Source of the DNA: Okamejei kenojei
Taxonomy: Eukaryota
DNA length: 64,000 nucleotides
Direction of reading: 5' to 3'
Assembly (NCBI GenBank): GCA_035221665.1
Contig: CM069134.1
Coordinates: forward strand, 25,730,001-25,794,000
Shown: piece after piece, positions 12,787 through 24,560 of the stretch
How the letters are laid out: the number at the start of each line of letters is the position of its first letter
Position numbering within the stretch: the stretch's first letter is position 1
Notes under the pieces: model-generated
Database searches by the model: none
What the model was told of the DNA's origin: nothing
The model's input: the letters and a program-made list of their open reading frames with translations, nothing else
Translations under genes and position numbers: made by a program

Positions 12787-13315
12787 TAGATGGATAATGG
12801 CTAATTAGGGATAGTCAGCATGGTTATGTTCGTGGGAGGTCGTGTCTCACAAATCTGATTGAGTTTTTTGAAGATGTGACCATAAAGGTGTCGATGAGGG
12901 CAGAGCTGTAGATGTTGTGTACATGGACTTTAGTAAAGCATTCAACAAGGTTCCTCATGGTAGGCTGCTCTGGAAGGTTAGATCACATGGGATCCAAGGA
13001 GAGATAGTTGAATGGATAGCAAATTGGCCTCATGGAAGGAAGAAGAGGGTGATGGTGGAAGGTTGCTTCTCGGACTGCAGGCCTGTGACTAGTGATGTGC
13101 GTCAGGGATCGGTGCTGGGCCCGTTACTGTTTGTCATCTAAATCAATGATTAGGATGAAAACATCCACGGCAAGATTAGCAAGTTTGCAGATGATACAAA
13201 AGTGGGTGATTTTGCAAATAGTGAAGATGGTTGTGCAAAATTGCAGCAGGATCTTGATCAATTGGCCGTGGGTTGAGGAATGGTTGATGGAATTTAATGC
13301 AGTAAAATGTAAGAT
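12787..13315 (+). mobile_element. CR1 LINE reverse-transcriptase fragment
   Basis: YMDFSKAFNKVPHGRLL, QGSVLGPLLF, KFADDTK motifs; frameshifts and stops. Confidence 0.9.
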
Positions 13316-13424
13316 TTTAGCTTGAGTGCCTGACAGGATGTGTGGCCAAAAAGGCACACAAATCCATCTAGTTCCTCGGCAGATTAAGAAAGTCCAGCTC
13401 TTACCAAGTCCTATAGATCCACTT

Positions 13425-13930
13425 TAGAAAACATAATATCGGGTCACATCATAGCTTGGGAAAAATAACTTCATAGGGTTGCTGATGTCACCCAGTCCGT
13501 CACTCGGACCAGCCTACCCACCATCTACTTCATCCACACTTCACACTGCCGTGGGAAAGCAAGCAGCATAATTGAGGACATTTTTCACCCTGGTCATTTT
13601 CTCTTCTCCCCTCTCCCATCGGGCAGAAGATGCAAAAGCTTGAAAGCGCACACCACCGCATTCAAGATCAGCTTCTTCTCTGTTATCAGACTATAAAACG
13701 GTCCTCCCATAAACTAGGGTGCAGTGCCGATCTTTCAATCCACCACATTGTGAACAATTATTTGTTTCTCTCTGTGTGATGCTACAATGCTGTAAACTAT
13801 ATTCTGCACTCTTTGCACTATCTTGTACTAGCGTACAGCTTGATTTTACTCAAGCATAGTATGATTTGATTTGCCCAGATAGCGTGCAAACAAAAGCTTA
13901 ACAAAGTACCTCAATACAAGTGACGGTAAT
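13425..13930 (+). mobile_element. Rex1/Babar-like LINE 3' fragment
   Basis: ttctcccctctcccatcgggcagaag...aaagcgcacaccacc 3' region shared with the other Rex-like copies. Confidence 0.65.
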
Positions 13931-14419
13931 AAGCCAATATCAATATTTGTGGGAACATCACTCTTAATAATGTGAGTGTAAGACCTTTATTTCTCCAGAG
14001 ACAAATGTATAGTAGAAGCCAGAAAATAAAGTGATCATGTGCACAAAAAATAATTACAAGAGATTTACTATGAATGGAGCAATTGGGAACGGCTCTAAAA
14101 TTACAATGAAAGTTTTCATGGGGTAACAAGTGCGGAGAACAGAACATTATGATCAGTAGAATGAAGGTGGTTCTGGGATTGTAATAAAATTGTAATAAAG
14201 TGCATTTGCAACAACTTAAAATAATTAGGAAGCAAATGCATTTTTATTTTCTAAAGATGTGAAAGAAGGCTAGTGGATTTCCGTACAATGTACATCCTAA
14301 TATATTGCAAAACATTTTGAATTGTAAATATGATTTGCTTTTTCAAATAAAATATGAAGATGTGTTGCAATTGGTAATGTGTTATACTAAGGATTGAGTG
14401 CCAAATGATTTCTGAATTT

Positions 14420-14625
14420 ATAGAGACACAAGCAACTGCAGATGCTGGAATCTTGAGCAAAAAACAAAGTACTGGGGGAAGTCAGCTGGTCAGGCAGCAT
14501 CTGTGGAGGTGTGATGAGAGGTGATATTGTGGGACTTCAGTCTGAAGAAGTGTCCCAACGCAAAACGTCATCCATCCATTTCCTGTCACACCTGGTCTGC
14601 TAGGTTACGCCAGCACTTTTTTTCT
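14420..14625. mobile_element. PLE-derived fold-back (inverted terminal fragments), diverged
   Basis: aactgcagatgctgg...ggcagcatctgtggag arm, then cagtctgaagaag...aaaacgtc and a reversed arm. Confidence 0.6.
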
Positions 14626-15507
14626 GCTCTGAATTTGTGGTGTTTTAATATCACTATTGTATGTGGTATATATGTAATCTGCAGTGAGCTGAAGAGGGAC
14701 TGTAGTTTTTGTCATGGGAAGTATATCACAAGGAAATATCCAATTTTGGGGTTCAGCAGTAATATTGGATGTTTTCTTGCATGAATTCATAATTCAAATT
14801 GGAGATTTTAAATCCAAACATTTGAATGTTTAACAAAACTAATATAGAGAGCACTTGGGTAGTTAATTACTTAGATTTAGAGGGGGGGATAAAAGAGATC
14901 TATTTGTGCAGCTCAAGCAAAGCACAAATGGATCAAGTTAACATTTTGTATGATTGTTTGATGTATCAAGTTTCAGTTGTGGTGAGCTATCATTTGTATT
15001 TGAATTTATATGATTATATGGTGTTTGTCCATTGTGATTACCAGATGAAATCCTGCTGTTTAAAAAAGAAAATCTCTAAACTTTTTTTTGAACTGAAAAT
15101 TTTTTGTGAATTTTCCACATTTGCAACATCGTCTGAAGGTACTATTCTTTATTGTGGTCTGGTTCCATAGGTTTGTTTGTGAAGCTTTGCTGGTTTTCTA
15201 AGAAATACTGGGATCACAAGGAAGGATGAAACCGATCCATGTTCTGCAGATATTAACATTTTATCCATTTACTTTTAATAATGTCACAGATAATAGTGTA
15301 ACTTGTCAAATAGTACCTGCTGACTGATTTCAATAGGTATTCAATTGCTGACTGTTTAACTAAGTTGTACCATAACAAAATCACATCTTTGTTCATGCAC
15401 AGAAGCTATTAGTCAGATATGGAAAATAAGATGATGTGTCTGAAGATTTAGCAAGTAAACTTTGAGATAATTTGACTGCTGCACACTCTGATGATATGTA
15501 GATTTGG

Positions 15508-15600
15508 AAAGGTAGACAAAAATGCTGGAGAAACTCAGCGGGTGAGGTAGCAACTATGGAGCGAAGGAATAAGGCAATGTTTCAGGTTAAGACACTTCTG
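15508..15600 (-). mobile_element. PLE terminal fragment
   Basis: gtagacaaaaatgctggagaaactcagcgggtgagg shared arm. Confidence 0.65.
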
Positions 15601-16949
15601 CTTTTCCCAATCCCATCAGCAAGGTCCATGTAGAAAATGAGTGAACATTGAGTTAAAATAAGCTATTCATATGCAAAACTGAAGTAGTTACCTGAAGAAT
15701 GTCTTTGTTATTAGTTGTAGGAATAAATCTTCTGCTGCTTTATTCAAACTGGAAATAGTGAGTGCTGTTGTGTAAAAGTTAAAACAACGTGCAGAGGTAG
15801 GGTTATTGCCTAGAAATAGAGAAAAGTATTAAAGATGCAAAATCAGTGGTCACTGCACATCATTTTTAAAGTAAAAAAAACATGTAACTTTGTGTGTATT
15901 TGATCTTTTTGCCATTGAGGCATTATGGCAATCGTCAAATATTTTATAACAGGGTTCTGATGCAGTGAACTTTGCTCTAGATCCGACCTGAAACGCAACT
16001 GAAGATGGAAAAGAATTTGAACTTTAATAAGATTAATTCATTACGCTTTTGACGATCCCTGCCGGGTTTGGCTGTAGTACCATGAAATTTAACATAGTGT
16101 TTAGAAACTCACAAACCATAGTTAAGTTAGTCTATCAGAATTAAAATCAAACACTACCTACAGTAGTTGCATGTTATTTTGAAGTACTGAAGCAGTAACA
16201 AACTACAGTTACTCTCTCCAGTAATCCAAATCAGCTGCTCCAGGATTTAATACCAGACCACCTACCTTTTTTCTCTGATAAGAACTAATTGCCATCAACA
16301 TTTTGGTATGTGTGGATTTGCTGCAGTGATTCAGATCAATCTGGATTAGTTTATTTTCACTAGTGAGGACACAGTTTTGCTAGACTGATCAAGCTTAATT
16401 TGAAAGCATTCCTTCCTACGCTGACAGAATTAGATTACCCAGGTATACATTTGCTGTTGTAACTAAACTGATGAAGTTGCATGGAAAAAGTCATTTTTCT
16501 GCATACTGTCTGCATACTGTCAGAAATATGGTCAAAACATAGAAAGCAGACAACTTAAATTTTGTGCATTGGGAAGACAACAGTTTAAGTGCATTTAACT
16601 TTTATTCCTGTAACAGTTTGATGATCATGACTAATAGCTGTAATTCCAGCCAAAATATATACGTCCATTAGATTCATGAATTTGCACGTGCTAGAACTTA
16701 ATACTTCTAAAGTATTATGATGATTAAAGTAAAATGAAGAATTTGAATGACATAATGTGTACATGTTAGATTGCATCAGTTTGCTTGAGTGCCACATTTT
16801 GCCACGTATGACCAAACTATTGGAAGTTGTGAACAACTCTGTGTTTCTTTCTCAGTAACAGTTTATTATTTAAAATATTAACCTTCTGTGAACGTCACTG
16901 AAAAAATGTTCAGGATTCTTTCTCATTTGTCAAACTAGGAAAATTAAAT

Positions 16950-17141
16950 ATGTAGGAAGGAACTGTAGATGCCGGTTTAAACCAAAGATAGACACAAAAA
17001 GCTGGGGTAACTCAGTGGGTCAGACAGCATCTCTGAAGAAAAGGAATAGGTGACTTTTCGGGTCGAGACCCTTTGTCAGACTTTTCTACAGAGATGCTGT
17101 CAGACACTCTGAGTTACTCCAGCTTTTTGTGTCTATCTTCA
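16950..17141. mobile_element. PLE-derived fold-back
   Basis: Arm 16985-17035 is largely the reverse complement of 17089-17139. Confidence 0.75.
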
Positions 17142-17454
17142 GAAAATTAAATGCTTGGCTGCTGAGGTGGTGAGAATAGAGGGAATTTTGCTGTGGGGTA
17201 CTGACATCAGTTGTGGCATAAAAATAAGTTGTTTTCTTGGGAGGGACTCCACTTAACCCACTCCAGGACAAATCTCCTGGTGAAGCAAATAATTAGGTTC
17301 ATCAATAGAACTAATATTAATGAGGTAAAGTAGAAGATTTCAGAAAGGTTAAATGAAAACAAACATGAACAAATTACTTAAGGCAGCTGAACTGAGTGGG
17401 TGAAAATTTAAAAAAATACTGCAGATGCTGGATATCTGGCATAAAACTTAATAA

Positions 17455-17645
17455 ACAATAGACAATAGGTGCAGGAGTAGGCCATTCGGCCCTTCGAGCC
17501 AGCACCACCATTCAATGTGATCATGGCTGATCATGCACACTCAGTACCTCGTTCCCGCCTATGCTCCACATCCCTTGACTCCGCTATCTTTAAGAGCTCT
17601 ATCTAACTCTCTTGAGAGCAGCCTTCACCACCCTCTGAGGCAGAG
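17455..17645 (-). mobile_element. CR1 3' end inserted into an older PLE-like fold-back (~17415-17790)
   Basis: CR1 tail motif flanked by actgcagatgctgg and gcagcatctgtgga...ttccacaactactgcctga. Confidence 0.6.
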
Positions 17646-18054
17646 AAGACTTCCAGAAATATGCTTGATGGACTCAGCATCTCAAGCAGCATCTGTGGAA
17701 AGATAAAGAAAATTAATGTTTTTGACCTGAAATGTTAAATCTGTTTCTCTTTCCACAACTACTGCCTGATCTACTGAGTGTTTCCAATATTTGCACTTGC
17801 TTAGGACCAAGTGGGCAATTTGGCTAAAAGTAGGTAGAATGTGTCAAGAGGGCGAGAGAGCTTAACAGTACTCACCAAAGAATCAACATTAAAAAGTTTA
17901 AAGCTAAAGGTACCACGTAATAATGTGTTCTCAGCAAAATAGATGATTTGAAAAGTCAAACAGGAATAAATGTGTTAATTTAGTCGATATTTAGGAAAAG
18001 TGTCTACTATGTGGTGGATATGGATGATAACATTGTAATTTGATGATTGATTGT

Positions 18055-18360
18055 GAGAGGTATAGAAGTGTGAAAACGCACACCTCCAGATTCAGGAACA
18101 GTTCCTTCCCAGCTGTTATCAGGCAACTGAACCATCCTACCACAAGTAGGGAGCAGTCCTGAACTACTATCTCGGTCCCTCAGACTGTCTTTGATCGGAC
18201 TTTGCTGGCTTTACCTTGCACTAAACCTTATTTCCCTTATGTATCTGTACATTGTAAATGGCTCGATTGTAACCATGTATTGTCTGTCTGCTGATTGGTT
18301 AGCACGCAACAAAAGCTTTTCACTGTACCTCGGTACACATGACAATAAACTACACTGAAC
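18055..18360 (+). mobile_element. Rex1/Babar-like LINE 3' UTR
   Basis: Reverse complement of ~7335-7640; ends ttcactgtacctcggtacacatgacaataaac. Confidence 0.75.
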
Positions 18361-18579
18361 AGAATGACCATGTTGATAAATTCAGCAAACTCTATAAACA
18401 AGTATTGCTACAAGCTCATCACTGTGGAATGCAAGAAGCATGTCAGGTTCACAGTTTTTCACCCAACAGTAACTGTGGTGTTCATTGGATGCTGACCTCA
18501 GCAGTGGTCATTTGTGTTTGTGATTTGAGTCACTTAAAGCTGGTTTACCCTACTTATGACCACCTCGTCCTCTTAAAGT

Positions 18580-18842
18580 CGAATAGCTTTAAAGTGAGAG
18601 GGGCAAAGTTTAAAAATGTTCAGGGCAGGTTTTTTTTTTTACACAGAGAGTGGTGAGTGCCTGGAACATGCTGCTGGGTGTGGTGGTTGAAGCAGGTACG
18701 TTAATGCCATTTAAAATAATTTTGGATAGGCATATGGATATGGAGGGAAATGGGCTATGTGCGGGTACATAAGTTATGGTTGGCATCATGTTCGGCATAG
18801 ACATAGGGCCTGATCTTGGGTTGTACTGTTCTATGTTGTATG
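18580..18842 (+). mobile_element. CR1 3' fragment
   Basis: tttaaagtgagaggggcaaagtttaaa...acacagagagtggtg...cctggaac (FKVRG / FTQRVV-like). Confidence 0.7.
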
Positions 18843-19457
18843 AATATGGATTTACTGCCATATGTTATCTGTCTGATGCTGATGTGGAAAACAGTAAAAC
18901 TAGCACTCACAGTGGAGACTGGACTTTGTTTATTTCATGCAATGCATAGGACGCTTCCGTCCAGGAGATGAAGAGATCAGGGTGTGATCTACCAGTGGGA
19001 ATAAGGGAGTCCTGCAGAAAAGATCTGGTAAGATAATGCCAGATGATAGCTGTGATAGTCAATAGGAGAAGTCAATCCTTAAAGATCTCAATGCAAGACC
19101 ACCAGATATTCAATGGGCCCACAATGTCGGTGAATGCACCTTCAGTGGCCACCACCAACTTCAGATGCTGCTTCATTCACCACTTCCTCTTATCTCATCT
19201 TCCACTATCTGTGGCAATCAATGCATAAAATTCACTGTATCTTCACACATTTGGCAATATGCAAGCTTCATACATAAATGCTGCAGCTTGCATGCATTTC
19301 CAGCCATTTAACCCTGAGAGACTCATTACGTAAAGGTTCTGTGCGATGCCCACTGATGCACTAATCCCTGCCCTTTCTGGACAAGATGGTGCATTGATAG
19401 AGACAGTAGCAATGTTGGAGAAAAGTAAAGCTTCATGGCAGCTACACAGATGAGACG

Positions 19458-20150
19458 GTATTGGTATTGGTTTATAATTGTCACATGTACTGAGATACTG
19501 TGAAAAGCTTTGTTTGCATGCTTTCCTGTCAAATCTAAGCAGGCCATACACGTTCATAAGTGATAGGAGCAGAATTAGGCCACGGCCCATCATGTCTACT
19601 CCACCATTAAATCATGGCTGATCTATCTTTCCCTCTTAACCCCATTCTCCTGTCTTCTCCCCATAATCCCCGACACCCATACTAATCAAGAATCTATCTA
19701 TCTCTGCCTTTAAAATATCCATCAACGTCCTCCACAGCCTTCTGCGATAATGAATTCCACATATTCACCACCCTCTGGCTAAAGAAATTCCTCCTCATCT
19801 CCTTCCTTTGGTAACATCCTTTTATTCTGAGGCTATGACCTCTGGTCCTACTTCCCCACTGGTAGAAACATCCTCTCCACATCCACTCTATCCAGGGAGA
19901 CCTAGGTAGCTGAAAGAGAAAAATAATTCCAGAATATAGCGCTTTAGTGTTACAATTACAGAGAAAGTACATGCAATGAAACAATGAAACAGGTTGAGAG
20001 ATCGGGACTATATTCTTGCTTTAGGAGAGGTCTGCTCAATTACCTGATAACAGCAGGGGAAAAAAATTTGAATGTGGTAGCATATGCTTTCAAGCCATTG
20101 TATCTTCTACCTGATGGGAGAGGGGATAAGAGGGTATGATCAGGGTACAA
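19458..20150 (-). mobile_element. Rex-like 3' fragment interrupted by a CR1 3' fragment (~19555-19896)
   Basis: Rex tail at ~19470-19530 resumes after ~19950; the insert encodes CR1 C-terminus SRTRGHSLRIKG...RRNFFSQRVVNMWNSL. Confidence 0.7.
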
Positions 20151-20413
20151 TTGGAGTGGGCAGTGCTTAGGCTCCAGAAGATGAAAAACAGTAAAAGATC
20201 TTTAACTCAATCTTCCATCTCACAGCCCATTTCTCCCCATTCTCGTCTGTCATCACACGATGTATTATCAAACTGATGTGGTGTTAGCGTACACATCTAT
20301 GCTGGTTATCTCACGCAGCCCTACACATGTTCCTTCGCCTATCTGAGAGACAAGATGTGCAACCTGCTCAAGGAGTGGCAGAGGATGAATAGGTTGCAGA
20401 TCGCAGTAATGTA

Positions 20414-20705
20414 ATGTGTAGGAACGAACTGCAGATGGTCCTGATTAAATTTCACTCGTTTAATTTCATTTCATTAAAATACCTCATTGTGACCTTCCCT
20501 TCAGCTAACAATGATCCATTTGACATTTCTTTCATCATCGTCCCCTTAGATCTTTCTTTTTCACACCCTACCCTTCCATATCTCTATGTCTCCCTCTCCC
20601 CTGGCTCTCAGTCTGAAGAAGGGTCTCGACCCGAAACGTCACCTATTACTTCTCTCCAGAAATTCTGCCTGTCCCGCTGTGATACTCCAGCATTATGTGT
20701 CTCAA
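20414..20705 (+). mobile_element. PLE terminal region with intact hammerhead core (20613-20640)
   Basis: ctctcagtCTGAAGAaGGGTctcgACCCGAAACGTCacc; a short inverted arm gtaggaacgaactgcagatg lies at the 5' side. Confidence 0.8.
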
Positions 20706-21559
20706 TTTGCAGTAATTATATTGATGAACAGATAATTTACTGAATACTAGATCTGATACATAACTTAAGGTTGAGTTTGGAGGTGGTATCTGCACATGTT
20801 ACAATGCTGTACACACGTGATCTGCCTCCAGCCAGCCTTGGGGAAAGAGGGCAAGTGGCACCTCAAAAGGTGAGATCACAAATGGGTTCTGCTGTAGAGG
20901 GCTCAGGTGACGACTTGAATGGGGGCAGGTCAAGAAGAATGCTGATGGGTCAGATCAATGAAAGATTTCAATGCATTGCCAGGCTTGTCAGAACTCCTGT
21001 AAACAAAGTTAAGGAGCAGAGAGGAACACGTCGCCAACCTTGCACATGGCATTGCATACACCTTGGACTCTACCCTTGGCAGTGTGAAGAGTAATGCATG
21101 AATGTGTTGAGGGATAAAACCATGCTGCTGTTTCCATTGCAGTACAAGCAGCTCAAACCTCCAGCATGCAAGCCCAGACTACCTGATATCACAGCATGGG
21201 ATAGCAAGAGCGCGTGAGCACAACCTGTCCTCCCAGAAGAATCCTGGGACTATTGAGGTGCTGACCTCGGGTTGTGGCAGAATCTGCTGTGCTCCCTCAA
21301 GCTGATAAGCACTCATTGTGCCAGCACTCATTGTGCTTTTTGCCCGCCAGCCAAACAGCTGCTTATTTTGGTCCAGATTTTACTTTTGGTTTGTAATCCA
21401 CTGGATAATGTGAGAGTCGACAGCAGACGGAAGGTAAGTTGTGGAACAATTGATGGTATTGTATTTATGGCATTGCAATGGGCGACAGTAACAGAAAAAG
21501 GCTGTGTTAGTTCACCCATCCCTTCCTGCTCCTGTTCTGCAGCTAGCGTCTGTGGTGGC

Positions 21560-21870
21560 AAGGGCTGTGAACTTACAGAAGACCTGCATAATTCTTGACA
21601 CTAGCTGGGATGCATACTGTAGGCTCCTCATGGTAACACCATTGTCTCAATGTGAGGGTTGACTGCTCTCTGTATTCTGTGCGGTGTTATGTCTCTGTGT
21701 GTACAGATTGTGCAGCAAAGTCATGGACTGTGTAATTAGCAGGTATCCTAAAAATTAAATAACTACCTTTTGGTTTACCTTGGTACTCAAGTGCTGAGAG
21801 CACAGCAGACTGCCACAAAATGAAGGCATTAAGGATGTGTTGACTTGCATGATCCACACTAGCTGGATGT
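21560..21870 (-). pseudogene. Highly decayed PIF/Harbinger (HARBI1-like) DDE nuclease remnant
   Basis: Manual minus-strand translation gives IMQVN, AFILWQSAVLSAL and GSLQYASQLVSRIMQVFC, resembling recalled Harbinger motifs HDAFILRQS and GALQYSPERVSRIV. Confidence 0.45.
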
Positions 21871-22349
21871 CAAGAGAGTGAGATGTTTTGGCTTGTGGTG
21901 CATATTGGAGTTGAGATGAGCCTTCCAGCCCCACTAAGCAATATGTTTGCTTTGCTTGCTGCCCTCTGATAAGAGAGATTATAAATCTATTCAGATATCA
22001 TTGAATAGTATCAGTAAGCTCCTTTACCCAAAAGAGGGCAGTCGGCTGCCAAATGGTGCAAATATCTATAACTCTGACCTAAATTAAAGCTTGCACCTTA
22101 ATGAATTATTTGACAATCACATTTCATGCCCTACCTGCCCTGTTCTGGGCTAGTAGCAGCTGCTGCAAATAGTGCCATATTTTTTCACGAGATCATCCTA
22201 ACTCAAACAGCTTTCAGACTATCACTGAGGTGCAAGTAGAACTGTTCCTGCCACCCCAGTTACAAATGATTTACTCAGACTATGCTGACAGCACCTTCCA
22301 AACCTACAATCACTACTACCAAGAAGGACAAAGGCAATAAGTCAAGTAA

Positions 22350-23060
22350 GGGCAAGACCTTCACAGTGAATGCTAAGGGCCTGGGAAGTTGTATTACAGT
22401 TGTGCAAGACTTTAGTGAGGCCACATGTAGAGTATTGTGTTAGATTTTGGTCATCCTGCTGTAGGAAGTATGTCATTAAGCTTGGAAGAATGCAGAGTAG
22501 ATTTAAGAGCATGTTGCCTGGACTCAAGGGCCTGAGCTATCGAGGAAGGTTGGGCAGGCTAGGCCAATTCCTTGGGGCACAGGAAGCTGAGGAATAATCT
22601 TATGGAACTGTATAAAATCATGTGGGGATAGATAGGGTGAATGCACGGAAACCTTTACCCAGAGGAATTAAGAACTAGAGCACATGGGTCTTCTAGTTCT
22701 AGGTTGGGATACAAAGCCTGTTCCCATGCTCTAGACTTTAGTCTTTGAGACTTTAGAGATACAGTGTAGAAACAGGCCTTTCGGTCCATCGCAATCTCAT
22801 CAACCAGTGGTCACCCCGCACACTTAACACTATCCTACACACTAAGGACAATTTACAATTTTACCAAAGCCAATTAACCCATAGACCTGTACGTCTTTGG
22901 AGTGTGGGAGGAAACCGAAGCATTCGGAGACAACCCACGCGGTCACAGGGAAATTGTACAAACTCCATACAGACAGCTTCCGTCGACAGGATCAAACCTG
23001 GGTCTCTGGCGCTGTTAGGCAGCAGCTCTACACCATGCGGCGGCCTGCCACCATGCCACG
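22350..23060. mobile_element. CR1 RT/3' fragment (+, ~22350-22730) and HE1-type SINE (-, ~22745-23060)
   Basis: LQLCKTLVRPHVEYCVRFWS CR1 motif; reverse HE1 body gtacgtctttggagtgtgggaggaaaccg. Confidence 0.8.
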
Positions 23061-23363
23061 CCCATGCTGTATGACTCTGACTCGAAGTGCATGGAAACAT
23101 ATGCTGTTAGTTCCTTTCATGTGAAACATCTTCCTGACTTGGAGATATATTTTGCGTTTCTTTCATCTTTACTCGGTCTGAATCCTGGAGCTCCTTTCTC
23201 TGGCTGCATTGTCAGAGCACCTTCAACAGATGGACCGCAATGGTTCAAGTAGGAGTTCGTCACTTCCTTTTCAAGGGCAGTAGGTATGCGCAAGAAATGC
23301 AGACCTTTACAGCAATGCCCAGATCCCCAAAAAATAGAATAAATAAACAAAAAGCTGTAGGAG

Positions 23364-23479
23364 CAAAATGGAAAGGCCATGCAGAGTTGGTGTTTGAAGT
23401 ATCGGGCGATTTATTAAGATTGGGGCACACCAGGAAGTCTTTACTTCGAACACCAACTCTGCAAGGCTTTTCCATTTTG
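23364..23479. repeat. 38-bp inverted repeat with 40-nt spacer
   Basis: 23364-23401 matches the reverse complement of 23442-23479 at 35 of 38 positions. Confidence 0.9.
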
Positions 23480-24419
23480 GTCGAACAAAACTATATAATG
23501 ATGGGTCTTGGGCTGGCCACACACAAGATTAACTATTGTTGTTTGTAACAAATATAACTGCAATACAAGAGTAAAGTACAATGAAGAATGCATGAAAAGT
23601 TGCATGAAAAATTGTAGATAATGCTTTCTTGAATTATTTCTTGAAATAATATTCTCTTATTCCCAAAGCATTTTAATATTTCAAAGATCAGGATGTTCTT
23701 TTTCAATGATGTCTGGACTGATCTCAAGCTTTCTCTGACTTTGATGTAACATAAAACTTTACATAAGCCTTTTATTTGAAAGGGGCTATTTTCATGTACA
23801 ATATCTAAATTATACTGATATTTGCACCTGCGCCCATTCGCATTCAATGCTTTTTAAGTAATTTGAACTGCTTTTGTTTTAAATTTGGGAAAAATCTTAT
23901 ATTCAGTCTCATGAAATAATCTTCAGCGCACTTAACATTCCTATGTTATAGCCCCAGCAATTACCATGTCCCGTTCAGACTTATTTTAGCTTGACATTAT
24001 TGATCCTGACTGCCTTCATTCATTTGTGCGTGGGATGTTGTTGTGGTGGCTTCATTTAATAAGAAATGTTAAGCTGTGCTATGCCTGCTGCAGGGCACAC
24101 CTATAATAAGCTCATAATCTTTGGCTTTAAAAATTCCAGCAATGTGAGCAATCTTTCCATGTTTGATAGCTTGGCCCAAGACGATTTTTAAATTACTGTA
24201 CAATTTGGTGTATTTATCAATCTCTTTGAATTTAAAACAAAAATTAGGGCTAAATGTTTATGAATTTATATGAATTATATGACAGTAAATCTTTCCAATA
24301 TGTGGGTTGTGATATAAGCTGTGATCATGTTCCACCTCTTTGTTACTTTGCCTTCTGGACACCCTGCCAACAGTTATCACACAACCCTATCTCCCACTGT
24401 GGGACTGACGTTTATATCC

Positions 24420-24516
24420 AGGATAGACAAAAGTGCTGGAGAAACTCAGTGGGTGAGGCAGCATCTATGGTGCGAAGGAAATAGGCAACGTTTCGGGCCG
24501 AAACGCTTCTTCAGAT
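24420..24516 (-). mobile_element. PLE terminal fragment with hammerhead-like core
   Basis: Reverse complement CTGAAGAagcgtttcggcccGAAACGTT; stem II is weakened. Confidence 0.65.
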
Positions 24517-24560
24517 CGGACAACATGTTTTCCCATACAAGAATGCTTTATTGTCATATG

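Noticed and set aside
16499-21330. Small tandem duplications (ctgcatactgt x2 at ~16499; agcactcattgtgc x2 at ~21308)
   Set aside because: Ordinary replication-slippage duplications.
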